A stretch of DNA of 64,000 bases from Candidatus Rokuibacteriota bacterium (GTDB lineage: Bacteria; Methylomirabilota; Methylomirabilia; Rokubacteriales; CSP1-6), in assembly GCA_016179965.1 (NCBI GenBank), contig JACPCF010000008.1:9601-73600 (forward strand). The letters are read 5' to 3'. Positions 28,985 through 37,415 of the stretch are shown piece after piece. The notes beneath the pieces are model-generated. The model was not told where the DNA came from. It saw only the letters and a program-made list of their open reading frames with translations, and made no database searches. Position numbers and translations under genes: made by a program. How positions within the stretch are numbered: the first letter of the stretch is position 1; each line of letters begins with the position of its first letter.

Positions 28985-29170
28985 CTAACAAAATGAGCCT
29001 GCAGGATTCAGGTAATTCCAGCAGATGAGGGAGCACCCGAGAGACAGAAACGCTTCATGAATCTCTGGACGGCGTTCGTAGCGAACACGCAGGCGACGGA
29101 ATTGGTGCAGCCACGCGAGGGTCCGTTCCACCACCCATCGATAGACACCGAGCAGGTTGCCCAGACTCAT
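28985..29170 (-). pseudogene. IS5/IS4-family (DDE_Tnp_1) transposase C-terminal fragment
   Basis: RWVVERTLAWLHQFRRLRVRYERRPEIHEAFLSLGCSLICWNYL is the conserved C-terminal block of IS5-family transposases; the N-terminal ~250 aa are absent. Confidence 0.6.
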
Positions 29171-29193
29171 AACGCTGGATGCTAGCCGTCTCG

Positions 29194-30198
29194 TCAGTGG
29201 CCTGGTGCGCCCAGGGTCGCCACAACCACTGCGCCCACCAAGTAGATGGACGCCATCAGCACCAGGCCAGTCGCAGCCACCAGGCTATGGAGCCGGTTGC
29301 GCCCCAGTATCAGCCCCAGCCCCAGCAAAATCAGGGCGATGGCTACCCCTCCGGCGACGAAGTGGGCGGGCTCGGTCTGATTGGTGAGGATACCGTCGCG
29401 ATAGAAGAGGTCGGCGTAGAACAGGATAGTGACATTGAAAGCGCAGCTACCGTACAGGCAACTGACCGCCAGGTCCACAGCCCCCATGCGGGCGGCGGCG
29501 ATGGTCGATGACGCCTCCGGCATGGTGGTCACCAGGGAGACGGCCAGGATGCCCAGGGTGCTGGAGGCCACGCCCGTGATCTCGGCAATCTGGTCGCTAC
29601 TCCAGGCCAAGAAGAATCCGGCCACTATCACCCCTGCGGAGACCAGGGCAAACATCAACGAGGCCCGCTGCAGGGTCATGGCCGGCTCGTCTCCTTGCTC
29701 CTCATCATTCTGGGGGCGAGTCACGTACACTAGCCGCATTGCCACTACATACAGCACCAGGAGGATCACCGAGGATAGCCCGATGTTCCACAGGGAGACC
29801 TCCATCTTTACCGCGCCGAACATCACGGCTGCTCCGGTCATGATGGCTGCGGACACAATCAGATAGCCCTGCTCCGGCGCTACCCGCTGCAAGAAGCGCT
29901 TGCCACCGAACGCCAGGGCCACCATAGACAGGGTGAGCATGTTGAGCATGTTGGCCCCCAGCACGTTGGCCACCGCCAGCTCCGGGTTGGGCGGACTAAG
30001 CCGCACCGCAGAGATGTTGGTCGCCAGCTCTGGTAGGGATGTGGCTAAAGCCAGCAGGACGGTGCCCACGAAGAGACGGCCCCAGCCGGTCAGGGCGGCC
30101 AGGGCGTCGCTGTATTTGGCGAGCTGGGTGCCAAAGAAAATAACTGACGCAGCGCTGGCCAGGAATATCAATACTGCTATTGCCAGGTCACCACTCAT
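29194..30198 (-). CDS. CaCA-family Na+/Ca2+ exchanger-like membrane protein (YrbG-type), apparently intact cargo gene
   Basis: RBS GAGGT before ATG; 10 TM segments with two alpha-repeats (GTSLPELATNISA and MPEASSTIAAA). Confidence 0.8.
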   Translation of the reverse strand: MSGDLAIAVLIFLASAASVIFFGTQLAKYSDALAALTGWGRLFVGTVLLALATSLPELATNISAVRLSPPNPELAVANVLGANMLNMLTLSMVALAFGGKRFLQRVAPEQGYLIVSAAIMTGAAVMFGAVKMEVSLWNIGLSSVILLVLYVVAMRLVYVTRPQNDEEQGDEPAMTLQRASLMFALVSAGVIVAGFFLAWSSDQIAEITGVASSTLGILAVSLVTTMPEASSTIAAARMGAVDLAVSCLYGSCAFNVTILFYADLFYRDGILTNQTEPAHFVAGGVAIALILLGLGLILGRNRLHSLVAATGLVLMASIYLVGAVVVATLGAPGH

Positions 30199-30330
30199 TC
30201 ACGGATACCTCATCAGTTGCTGGGCCCAGTCGACTTCTCCGGCCTCACGCGCGTGATGCCGGCGCTCTGGCCCGCTCCATTCCTCCCCGGCCAGCTTGGC
30301 GGCCAGCCAGACGATGACCAGCCCGCGGAG
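30199..30330 (-). pseudogene. remnant of the KefB-like antiporter 5' end (N-terminal ~20 codons plus upstream DUF465-gene fragment to 30500)
   Basis: LVIVWLAAKLAGE matches the N-terminus of the 20427-21575 protein; 30380-30500 is homologous to the DUF465 gene (…IARTDNRQFKARLRHDEQIIQGLIEKL). Confidence 0.5.
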
Positions 30331-30581
30331 CTCCGCCATCGTCCCTGGTGTGAAGGATCCCACCGGTAAATTCAGGGGGAGCCGAGCTTCTCGATGAGCC
30401 CTTGAATGATCTGTTCGTCGTGCCTCAGTCGCGCCTTGAATTGACGGTTGTCGGTCCTGGCGATCTCCATGCGGAGATCGCTCAGTGCGCATTTCGGTCG
30501 TCGTGAACACCCCGATCGCTCCATCATGAACGCTCAGATCGGCGCATGGTGATCGGAGCGCAGCGACGCTGGGCGGTTCAG

Positions 30582-31195
30582 TCAGTCGTCGAGCTTGGCC
30601 TCCTTTCTCCGTGAGGGTCCTTTTAGCACAAGTCGGTGGGCGTTGTGAAGGAGGCGGTCGCAGATCGCATCGGCCAGGGTGGCGTCGGCCAGGTAGTTAT
30701 GCCACTGGGCCGGCGGGAGCTGGCTGGTGATGATGGTCGAGCGAGTGCCATAGCGATCCTCGAGGATCTCGAGCAGGTCGCGGCGCTCCGGGTCCTGCAC
30801 GGGGGCGAGGCCCCAGTCGTCGATCACGAGGACGTCGAGGCGGGCGAGCTTGCCGAGCAGGCGGATGTAGGTGCCATCGGCGCGGGCCAGGGTGAGCTCG
30901 TGGAAGAGGCGAGAGGCGCGGCGGTAGCCGGCGCGATAGCCCTTGCGGCACGCCTGATGTGCCAGGGCACACGCGATGAAGCTCTTCCCGACGCCGGTGG
31001 CGCCGACCAGGATCACGTTGTGGTGCTCAGCGACCCAGCGGCAGGTGGCGAGCTGGCGGACGACGGCCTTGTCGAGCTCGCGCCGGGCCGGGTAGTCGAT
31101 CGCCTCGAGACACGCCTGCGAGAGCTTGGCCTCCTGGAGGGCGCGGACCAGGCGCTTGGCCCGATGCGCCCGGGGATCTGCCCAAAGAGGCTCTG
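30582..31195 (-). pseudogene. IS21-family IstB helper ATPase, N-terminally truncated fragment
   Basis: Walker A LVGATGVGKS, Walker B DVLVIDDWG, C-terminal LLHNAHRLVLKG; upstream frame shows ...LVRALQEAKLSQACLEAIDYPARRELDKA matching IstB region 2; about 45 N-terminal residues missing. Confidence 0.7.
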
Positions 31196-31867
31196 TGTCA
31201 AGTGGCTTTCAGCAAGCTGGAGGATGAAGTACCGGGCATGCCGGATCAGGCGCCCACCGGTCTTGAACACCCGCTGCTGTAGGCTCGTTAGTGACCAGCT
31301 CTGAATGGCAGGGGGCAGGACAAGCCGACGCCAAAAACCTTGCTCATTTTGTTAGAGGCTCTAAGTTTCCCACGTACGGCGCCGAGCGGCTCGACCCTGG
31401 GCAGGATGCGACCCAGTCCGTGGACGTGGACTTCCCCGCCGAAGCCCTGAAGGTGAAGAAGCTGAAGGAGATCCGCCTCGAGCTCACGTACATCCCGTCA
31501 CCGTACAAGGAGGAGACGGTCAACTTCACCGTGTCGATCAGCGGCCAGTAAGTCGGGGAGGTGGCTTCCCCCGCAGTCACCTCCGAGAAATCAAGCGTAA
31601 TGTGGGCGGACTCTTCCTAACAAGGAGGCCGGGCGCGGAAAAATGAAAACAACTGGTGGGCAGGGACAGTATTGAACCGCCGCCATCAGGATTTTCAAAT
31701 ACTTGATCCCCATCGCTTGTCTCAGCGAGATGAATGGAAACCCACCAAATTGAGCCCGGGAAGTGAAACCCTTCCACACTACACTCAACAATTCGCCAGT
31801 CGAGGCGGCATTGCTCTGCGACGACGCTGGGTATTGCGGCCACCGAAGGTCGAGACCATGATCATCG

Positions 31868-32100
31868 TGACCAGCGCGGAGTAGAGCTCTTGTTCGACCA
31901 CGCGGTTGGCAAGGCCGATGCCCGCGAAGATCAACCTCACCTCGCCGCGCGGGATCATGCCCACGCCGACTCGCCCAAGACGGCGGTCTGGCCGACGCGC
32001 TCCATCGCCTCGCCGGCCAACTTGGCCGCGAGCCAGACGATCACCAGGCTGAGCAGGAGCTCGCCGAGTCCCACCTCTCCAGCTTACTTTATCCGGCTCC
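31868..32100 (-). pseudogene. third, internally deleted copy of the KefB-like antiporter (C-terminal ~30 codons fused to N-terminal ~35 codons plus native upstream region)
   Basis: 31868-31965 is homologous to 20480-20600 (…ANRVVEQELYSALVTMIMV). 31966-32100 is homologous to 21470-21600 including the start codon and the leader; about 870 bp of the gene is missing. Confidence 0.55.
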
Positions 32101-32120
32101 TGTGTTGGTAGCCCGGAACT

Positions 32121-32315
32121 TCATGCGGAATCCGTCGTCACGGAAGCCGAGCTCAGGCGCTCGATGAGTTTACGAGCAATCTCTTCATCGCGCTTTAGCT
32201 GCGCCTTAAACGTGCGGCTGTCCGTCCGGGCGATCTCGCGGTCGAGATCGGCCAGGTATCTCTTCAGCGTTTCCCGCAGGAACTCATGCTCTTCTCGAGT
32301 CAGCGTGAGCGTCAT
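32121..32315 (-). CDS. DUF465 (YdcH-like) small protein, intact copy
   Basis: 64 aa, LADLDREIARTDSRTFKAQLKRDEEIARKLIERL resembles the YdcH/DUF465 pattern; degraded homologues sit upstream of both other antiporter copies. Confidence 0.55.
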   Translation of the reverse strand: MTLTLTREEHEFLRETLKRYLADLDREIARTDSRTFKAQLKRDEEIARKLIERLSSASVTTDSA

Positions 32316-32336
32316 CGGGTTTCTCCTTTCGGAAGG

Positions 32337-32435
32337 CGTTCCTCAAGGCAGGAGCTTGATGAGTGCCGCGATCCCGAAGATGACTGCCATCATGGCGAGG
32401 GCGACAAGGAGACCCGAGTATTTCCTCTCTTTCTC
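32337..32435 (-). CDS. 32-aa single-TM micro-protein (MQEKERKYSGLLVALAMMAVIFGIAALIKLLP)
   Basis: Short ORF conserved with the sequence ...WGAALAMMAVTFTVAATVKLLT* at 21601-21670; below ORF-track length cutoff. Confidence 0.3.
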
Positions 32436-32848
32436 TTGCATAGCAATCCTCCGTCACAGACTTCGAGTGTAAAATGAGCGAAACCGGTGGATCAGAAGGG
32501 CCGGACGGAGGTCAGGCGTCTTCGGTGGCGTTCCGCGGAGATAGGTCGGATGAGGGGTCCCGGCGCGGGAGAAGCGCGATGCGATTGGAAAGATTCACAT
32601 TCATTCGGAGATCGACCGAGGCCTGCAAGGTAAGTCGTGGCAGGTCGATGGCCAGGCGGAGTGGCTCCACCCGCGGCGGCGGCGCGAGCTCCTGCCCCTG
32701 GACGGGCTGGACCCTGAGTGCGACCACTGACTCGTCGGGGTTGAAACGGAATGCCCCTGCCGAAGGGACCGCCAGGTCCATCACGACGTGGGCCAGAACG
32801 AACAGGATGAAGAGCCGCTTCACGCCTCCTATAATACGTTAATCGGCC

Positions 32849-33523
32849 ATGGTCGAGCCAGCCCCCTTCGTCTTCTTCGGGTGCATCGAGCTGAGGGAGA
32901 TTCTCGGCCTGCGAGCCCGGGACGAGCGGGAACTGATGGAGCTCCTGGAGCGCGCCCCGCTCGGATCGGTCTACTACCACACCCACAGCGTCTTCCTGCG
33001 CCACCACCAGATTACGGGCGCCTATCCGAATGACTTCGCCAACTGGGTGGCCTCGCAGGTGCGGGACCAGGTGCTCGGCGAGCGCCTGGCCGTCGTGGAC
33101 CCGTTCGCCTTCCCCAGTCTGGAGGCCCTGCGGGAGGAACTCGTGTCCATCATCGATCACCACATCGCGGCCCTGCATCCGGTGCCCCGGGTCGTCTTCG
33201 GGGATCCGTTCTTCTTCGTCCAGTCGCACGTGATCGAGGTGCCCACCGGCCTGGAGGCGTGTACCCTCGGCGAGTTTCGCCGGTGCCTCGCGGAAGTGGA
33301 TGCCAGCTCGATCTACTTTCACGCGCTGGAATCCAGGGTTCGGCGCGGGCACCCCCATGGGGATTTCGCCGACTGGATCGGGCAGGCGCTGGGGCTCCAG
33401 TCCCAGGCGGAGGAGATCGCGCGGATCAATCCCTACCTGGGGGGCCTGGAGGAGATCCGCGCCCGGATGCTCCGGCTCCTCGACGCTGCGCTGGGAGGGG
33501 AGGCCCCCGCCGGTGGCGGCTAG
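32849..33523 (+). CDS. hypothetical protein translationally coupled to treT
   Basis: 224-aa protein-like ORF whose stop overlaps the treT GTG start by 11 nt; no family assigned. Confidence 0.5.
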   Translation: MVEPAPFVFFGCIELREILGLRARDERELMELLERAPLGSVYYHTHSVFLRHHQITGAYPNDFANWVASQVRDQVLGERLAVVDPFAFPSLEALREELVSIIDHHIAALHPVPRVVFGDPFFFVQSHVIEVPTGLEACTLGEFRRCLAEVDASSIYFHALESRVRRGHPHGDFADWIGQALGLQSQAEEIARINPYLGGLEEIRARMLRLLDAALGGEAPAGGG

Positions 33524-34721
33524 CGCGCTCACCATCGAGGCCTACCGGGAGGTGGCCCCGAGAGGGACGATCGACTTCCTCCTCCGCCTCGCCGAACGGG
33601 CGCGCGGGCGGCGCTTCCTCCACGTGAACTCGACGCGCTTCGGCGGGGGCGTGGCCGAAATCCTCAGCCGGCTCGTGCCCATCATGGGGGACCTCGGGAT
33701 CAAGGCGGACTGGGAGGTCATGGAGGGTGATTCGGAGTTCTTCGCCACCACCAAGGCCTTCCATAACGCGCTCCAGGGCACCGAGCAGGTGGTCACCGAG
33801 GCAATGCTGGAGCATTATCTCGAGGTCAACCGGGTCAACGCCGAGCGCCTCAGGCCGGCGGCCGATCTGGTGCTGATCCATGACCCCCAGCCGGCGGCGA
33901 TGATCGAGTCCCGCCCGCCGGAGGGGAAGTGGGTCTGGCGCTGTCACATCGATCTCTCCCTCCCTCAGCGCCGCGCCTGGGCGTTTCTGCGAAGGTACGT
34001 GATCCGCTACGACGCGGCCGTGTTCTCCCTCCCGGCCTTCGCCCAGCAACTGCCGATCCCCCAGTTCCTCGTCTATCCCTCCATCGACCCGCTGGCGGAA
34101 AAGAACCGCCGGATGACCAGGAACGAGATCGCGAAGATCCTCGGCGCCCTCCAGATCCCGGACGACAAGCCGATCCTCCTCCAGGTCTCGCGCTTCGATC
34201 GCTTCAAGGATCCGATCGGCGTCATCAACGCCTACCGGATGGTCAAGCGCTACCACGATGTCCGGCTGGTGCTGGCGGGGGGCGGCGCCACGGACGACCC
34301 TGAGGGGGCGCAGGTGCTCGCCGAGGCGCGCGAGGCCGCCGGCCGCGATCCCGACATCTACGTGCTCGACCTGCCGTCCAACGCCCACCTCCAGATCAAC
34401 GCCCTCCAGCGCGCTGCCGCGATCGTCATCCAGAAGTCCACGCGGGAGGGGTTCGGCCTGACGGTGGCCGAGGCGATGTGGAAGGGCAAGCCCGTCGTCG
34501 GGGGAGCGACGGGAGGCCTCACGGTGCAGATCCTCTACGGGGTCACAGGGTACACCGTCAACTCCGTGGAAGGCGCCGCCTACCGGATCCGGTATCTCCT
34601 GAGCAACCCGGCCCTCATGCGGAAGATGGGGGAGGCCGGGCGCGAGCACGTGCGGCGGAATTTCCTCATCACTCGGCACCTCCGGGATTACCTCTCCCTC
34701 CTGGTCCACCTCACCGCCTGA
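33513..34721 (+). CDS. treT: trehalose glycosyltransferring synthase TreT (GT4 family)
   Basis: Collinear with archaeal and bacterial TreT: HVNSTRFGGGVAEIL, FHNALQG, WRCHIDLS, LQVSRFD, EGFGLTVAEAMWKGKPV. Confidence 0.9.
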   Translation: MAASALTIEAYREVAPRGTIDFLLRLAERARGRRFLHVNSTRFGGGVAEILSRLVPIMGDLGIKADWEVMEGDSEFFATTKAFHNALQGTEQVVTEAMLEHYLEVNRVNAERLRPAADLVLIHDPQPAAMIESRPPEGKWVWRCHIDLSLPQRRAWAFLRRYVIRYDAAVFSLPAFAQQLPIPQFLVYPSIDPLAEKNRRMTRNEIAKILGALQIPDDKPILLQVSRFDRFKDPIGVINAYRMVKRYHDVRLVLAGGGATDDPEGAQVLAEAREAAGRDPDIYVLDLPSNAHLQINALQRAAAIVIQKSTREGFGLTVAEAMWKGKPVVGGATGGLTVQILYGVTGYTVNSVEGAAYRIRYLLSNPALMRKMGEAGREHVRRNFLITRHLRDYLSLLVHLTA

Positions 34722-34918
34722 CACACAGGGGCCGAGATGAACCCGATCTTCCAATGGATCGTTGCCCATACCACGGCGAAGTCGCTGGCACGACGCTGCC
34801 CACAATGTCAACGCACGCAAATTGTGGGTCGCAGCCAGGTCCGGGACACGGTACCCTGTGAGTTTTGCCGAACGCCTATTCCGCCGAAGGGCAGTTCGGG
34901 AGAAGGCTCGGGCACCTG

Positions 34919-36619
34919 ATGCCGGAGTTCCCCTTTTTCCGCGATCTCGTCCTGGCGGTCGGCGCGGCGCTCGTCGGAGGAGTGGCCGCTCAGCGCCTCG
35001 GCCAGCCTCCGATCCTCGGCTACCTCCTGGGCGGCATCCTCATCGGCCCTCATACCCCGGGGCCGGTCAGCGACGTCCACCGCGTCTCGACCCTGGCCGA
35101 CATCGGGATCGTCCTGCTGATGTTCGAGCTCGGCGTCGAGTTTCCGGTGTCGCGCTTGCAGAGGGTCCGGGTGATCGCCATCGGCGGCGGTCTGCTCCAG
35201 ATCGTCCTCACAGGGCTGGCGGCGGCGGCGGTGGCCCGGGGCCTCGGCTTTGGCGTCATCGAGCACGTGTTTTTCGGCGCCGTCGTCTCGCTCTCCAGCA
35301 CCATCGTCGCGCTCACGCTCCTGCTGGAGCGAGGGGAGATGGATACCCCCCACGGCGACATCACGGTGGGGATCTGCCTCGTCCAGGATCTGAGCCTGAT
35401 CGCGATGATGGTGCTCTTGCCCGCGTGGGCGGCGGCCGAGGGCGGGGTGGGCATCCCCCTGCTCCTCGCGCTGGGCAAGACCCTGGGACTCTTTGGCGGC
35501 GCCTATTTCGTCGCGTCTCTGCTGCTCCCCATTCTGTTCGCCGCGGTCGCACGCCTCAGGTCACGGGAACTCTTCCTGCTGATGGTGGTGCTCGTGGTGC
35601 TCGGCACAACCGTCACGCTCGCGGCCCTCGGTCTGTCTCCGGCGCTCGGAGCCTACCTGGCGGGGATAGTGGTCAGCCGCTCCCACTACAGCCGACAGGT
35701 GTTGGCGGAGCTGGTTCCGAGCCGCGACCTCTTCGCGAGCCTCTTCTTTGTGTCGGTGGGCATGCTCGTGGACCCGCTGCTGCTCTGGCGCCATCCCGGG
35801 ACGCTCCTGGCGGTCATCGGGCTCATTACGCTCCTGAAGGCGGGCGTGTCGGCGCTGGTTGTTCGCGTGTTCGGCTACCCGGCGGCGACGGCCATCATGG
35901 CCGGGCTCCTGCTCGCGCAGGTAGGGGAACTATCCTTCGTGCTGGCGAAGCTGGGCGTGGACGCCGGCTTTCTCAGCGCGGACCTTTACGGGGTGGTACT
36001 GGGAGGTGCGCTGATCTCGATCGTCCTCAACCCCGTGCTCCTACGGCACGCCGCCCCGTGGCTCGCCCGGCGCCCCGCGCGCCCGCTTGAGACACCGAGC
36101 CCTTTGGCCTCGGCCCTCCCGGAGGCATCGAGGCTGGTCGGCCACGTGGTGATCTGTGGATGCGGTCGGGTCGGCAGCGAGCTGGTGGCCCAGTTGCGCC
36201 CGCGAGGTGTGTCGTATGTGGTGATCGAGTTGAACCCCCTCCGGGTGGATGAGTTGCGACGACAGGGGGAGCCGTGTCTCTTTGGCGACGCCAGCAACTT
36301 CCACATCCTCCGCGCTGCGGGCGTCGAACGGGCCAGTCTCCTGGCCATTACTCACTACGATGCCGCGGCGGCGGAAACGACGGTTCGGAGAGTAATCGAG
36401 ATCCACCCGTCGCTCAAGATCATCGCGAGGGCTCACTACCCGACGGACGTTCAGCGCCTTCGGAAGGCCGGGGTCGCGGAGGTGGTCATGCCGGAGTTTG
36501 AGGCCGGGCTGGAATTTCTCCGCTGGACGCTCGGGCACCTGGGGGTCTCACCCGCCGAGGCCGATGCCCTGATCCAGCGCCGGCGTGCGGAGTTGAGGCC
36601 GGGCGAGACAACACCGTGA
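34919..36619 (+). CDS. CPA2-family K+/H+ antiporter (KefB/KefC-like) with C-terminal RCK/TrkA-N domain
   Basis: 12-13 TM helices, then Rossmann motif ICGCGRVGSELV and RCK core. Confidence 0.85.
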   Translation: MPEFPFFRDLVLAVGAALVGGVAAQRLGQPPILGYLLGGILIGPHTPGPVSDVHRVSTLADIGIVLLMFELGVEFPVSRLQRVRVIAIGGGLLQIVLTGLAAAAVARGLGFGVIEHVFFGAVVSLSSTIVALTLLLERGEMDTPHGDITVGICLVQDLSLIAMMVLLPAWAAAEGGVGIPLLLALGKTLGLFGGAYFVASLLLPILFAAVARLRSRELFLLMVVLVVLGTTVTLAALGLSPALGAYLAGIVVSRSHYSRQVLAELVPSRDLFASLFFVSVGMLVDPLLLWRHPGTLLAVIGLITLLKAGVSALVVRVFGYPAATAIMAGLLLAQVGELSFVLAKLGVDAGFLSADLYGVVLGGALISIVLNPVLLRHAAPWLARRPARPLETPSPLASALPEASRLVGHVVICGCGRVGSELVAQLRPRGVSYVVIELNPLRVDELRRQGEPCLFGDASNFHILRAAGVERASLLAITHYDAAAAETTVRRVIEIHPSLKIIARAHYPTDVQRLRKAGVAEVVMPEFEAGLEFLRWTLGHLGVSPAEADALIQRRRAELRPGETTP

Positions 36620-36634
36620 CCGCCCGAGGCGCCG

Positions 36635-37390
36635 TCAGCCGATGGCGGTCACGAGCCAGGCGAGGAGCCCCCGGACCGCGGCGGGGCCCGGGAGCCGGTA
36701 GTTGGCCCGCGCGGGCTGCCGCCCCACTGCCACGCAGAGCGCTCGGCCGCGGAGCGCTCGGAAGGCCTCCGCGTCCGTTTGATCGTCCCCCAGGTAGAGC
36801 GTGACGGGGACCCCCTGGCCGAGGGACCTGCCCAGAATACGGCGGAGGAGCCCCGCGGCTTCTCCCTTGCCCCAGGCGACGTCGGGTCTCAGCTCGAGTA
36901 CCTTCTGCCCCGCCAGGACTTCCAGAGTGGGGCCCTCGGCCGCGACCCGCCGGACTGCAGCCCGCAATGCCGGAAGGGCCGCCGGGGGGGCGAGCCGGTA
37001 GTGGAGGCTCACCATTAAGCCCTTCCACTCGAGGAGCGTGCCAGGGACGTAGGCGGCGGTCCGCCGGAGTTCCCGCTCAGCCCTTCTCAGGCGCCGAACC
37101 AGCCGTACCGCCCGTGGGTGGCGAAAGCGAACCCCGCGCCAGGCAATCTCGAGGCCGTGGCAGCCAGCGTAGGCCGCGCCGGGGACCCTCACGCGCGCCC
37201 GGACGTCGCGGAGGCTGCGCCCCGAAACGATCCCCACCCGGGCCCGAGGGTGGCGGCTCAGGCGGGCGAGAAGGCGCCGCGTCTCGGGGGGGAGGCGGAC
37301 AGCCTCGGGGCGAGCCCGGATGGGCGCCAGCGTGCCATCCAGGTCGGAGAGGAGGACGAGCCCCCGGCCGCCTCGGAGGGCGGCGGTCAG
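36635..37390 (-). CDS. otsB: trehalose-6-phosphate phosphatase (HAD family) with unresolved start
   Basis: HAD motif I LLSDLDGTLAPI is encoded in-frame upstream of the GTG proposed by the ORF track (37237). That upstream frame has no ATG, GTG or TTG and abuts the otsA stop (frame +1); a CTG at about 37390 is the only candidate. Confidence 0.6.
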   Translation of the reverse strand: MTAALRGGRGLVLLSDLDGTLAPIRARPEAVRLPPETRRLLARLSRHPRARVGIVSGRSLRDVRARVRVPGAAYAGCHGLEIAWRGVRFRHPRAVRLVRRLRRAERELRRTAAYVPGTLLEWKGLMVSLHYRLAPPAALPALRAAVRRVAAEGPTLEVLAGQKVLELRPDVAWGKGEAAGLLRRILGRSLGQGVPVTLYLGDDQTDAEAFRALRGRALCVAVGRQPARANYRLPGPAAVRGLLAWLVTAIG

Positions 37391-37415
37391 GTGAGCGCGG
37401 AGCCGCCGCGTCGCG

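Larger units (their letters stand above)
28979..31361. mobile_element. IS5-family-like element remnant carrying cargo: perfect 20-bp terminal inverted repeats (GAGCCTCTAACAAAATGAGC) and 3-bp TAA target-site duplication
   Basis: Inverted copies at 28979-28998 and 31342-31361. TAA direct repeat at 28976-28978 and 31362-31364. Interior holds an IS5-type transposase C-terminal stub, a CaCA exchanger gene, an antiporter N-terminal stub, an IS21 IstB fragment and another transposase C-terminal stub. Confidence 0.7.
28617..31551 (+). pseudogene. lipoprotein gene split by a 2.4-kb insertion (N-part 28617-28978, C-part 31362-31551)
   Basis: Signal peptide plus lipobox (AMTLGCSQ). ORF stops at TAA inside the left terminal repeat. 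Removing 28979-31361 together with one TAA copy restores one continuous in-frame protein (...EPTIK|FPTYGAERLDPGQ...SISGQ). Confidence 0.7.

Noticed and set aside
31013-31270. Minus-strand ORF with ...GRLIRHARYFILQLAESHLTQSLF..., reminiscent of a transposase C-terminus
   Set aside because: Only about 25 residues look transposase-like and the family cannot be assigned. The lower half of the ORF overlaps the clearly IstB-encoding frame. I therefore mention it as part of the IS debris but do not call a separate feature.
32492-33535. 347-aa minus-strand ORF opposite the treT-associated gene
   Set aside because: Composition typical of antisense GC ORFs. The plus-strand genes are strongly supported by TreT homology and translational coupling.
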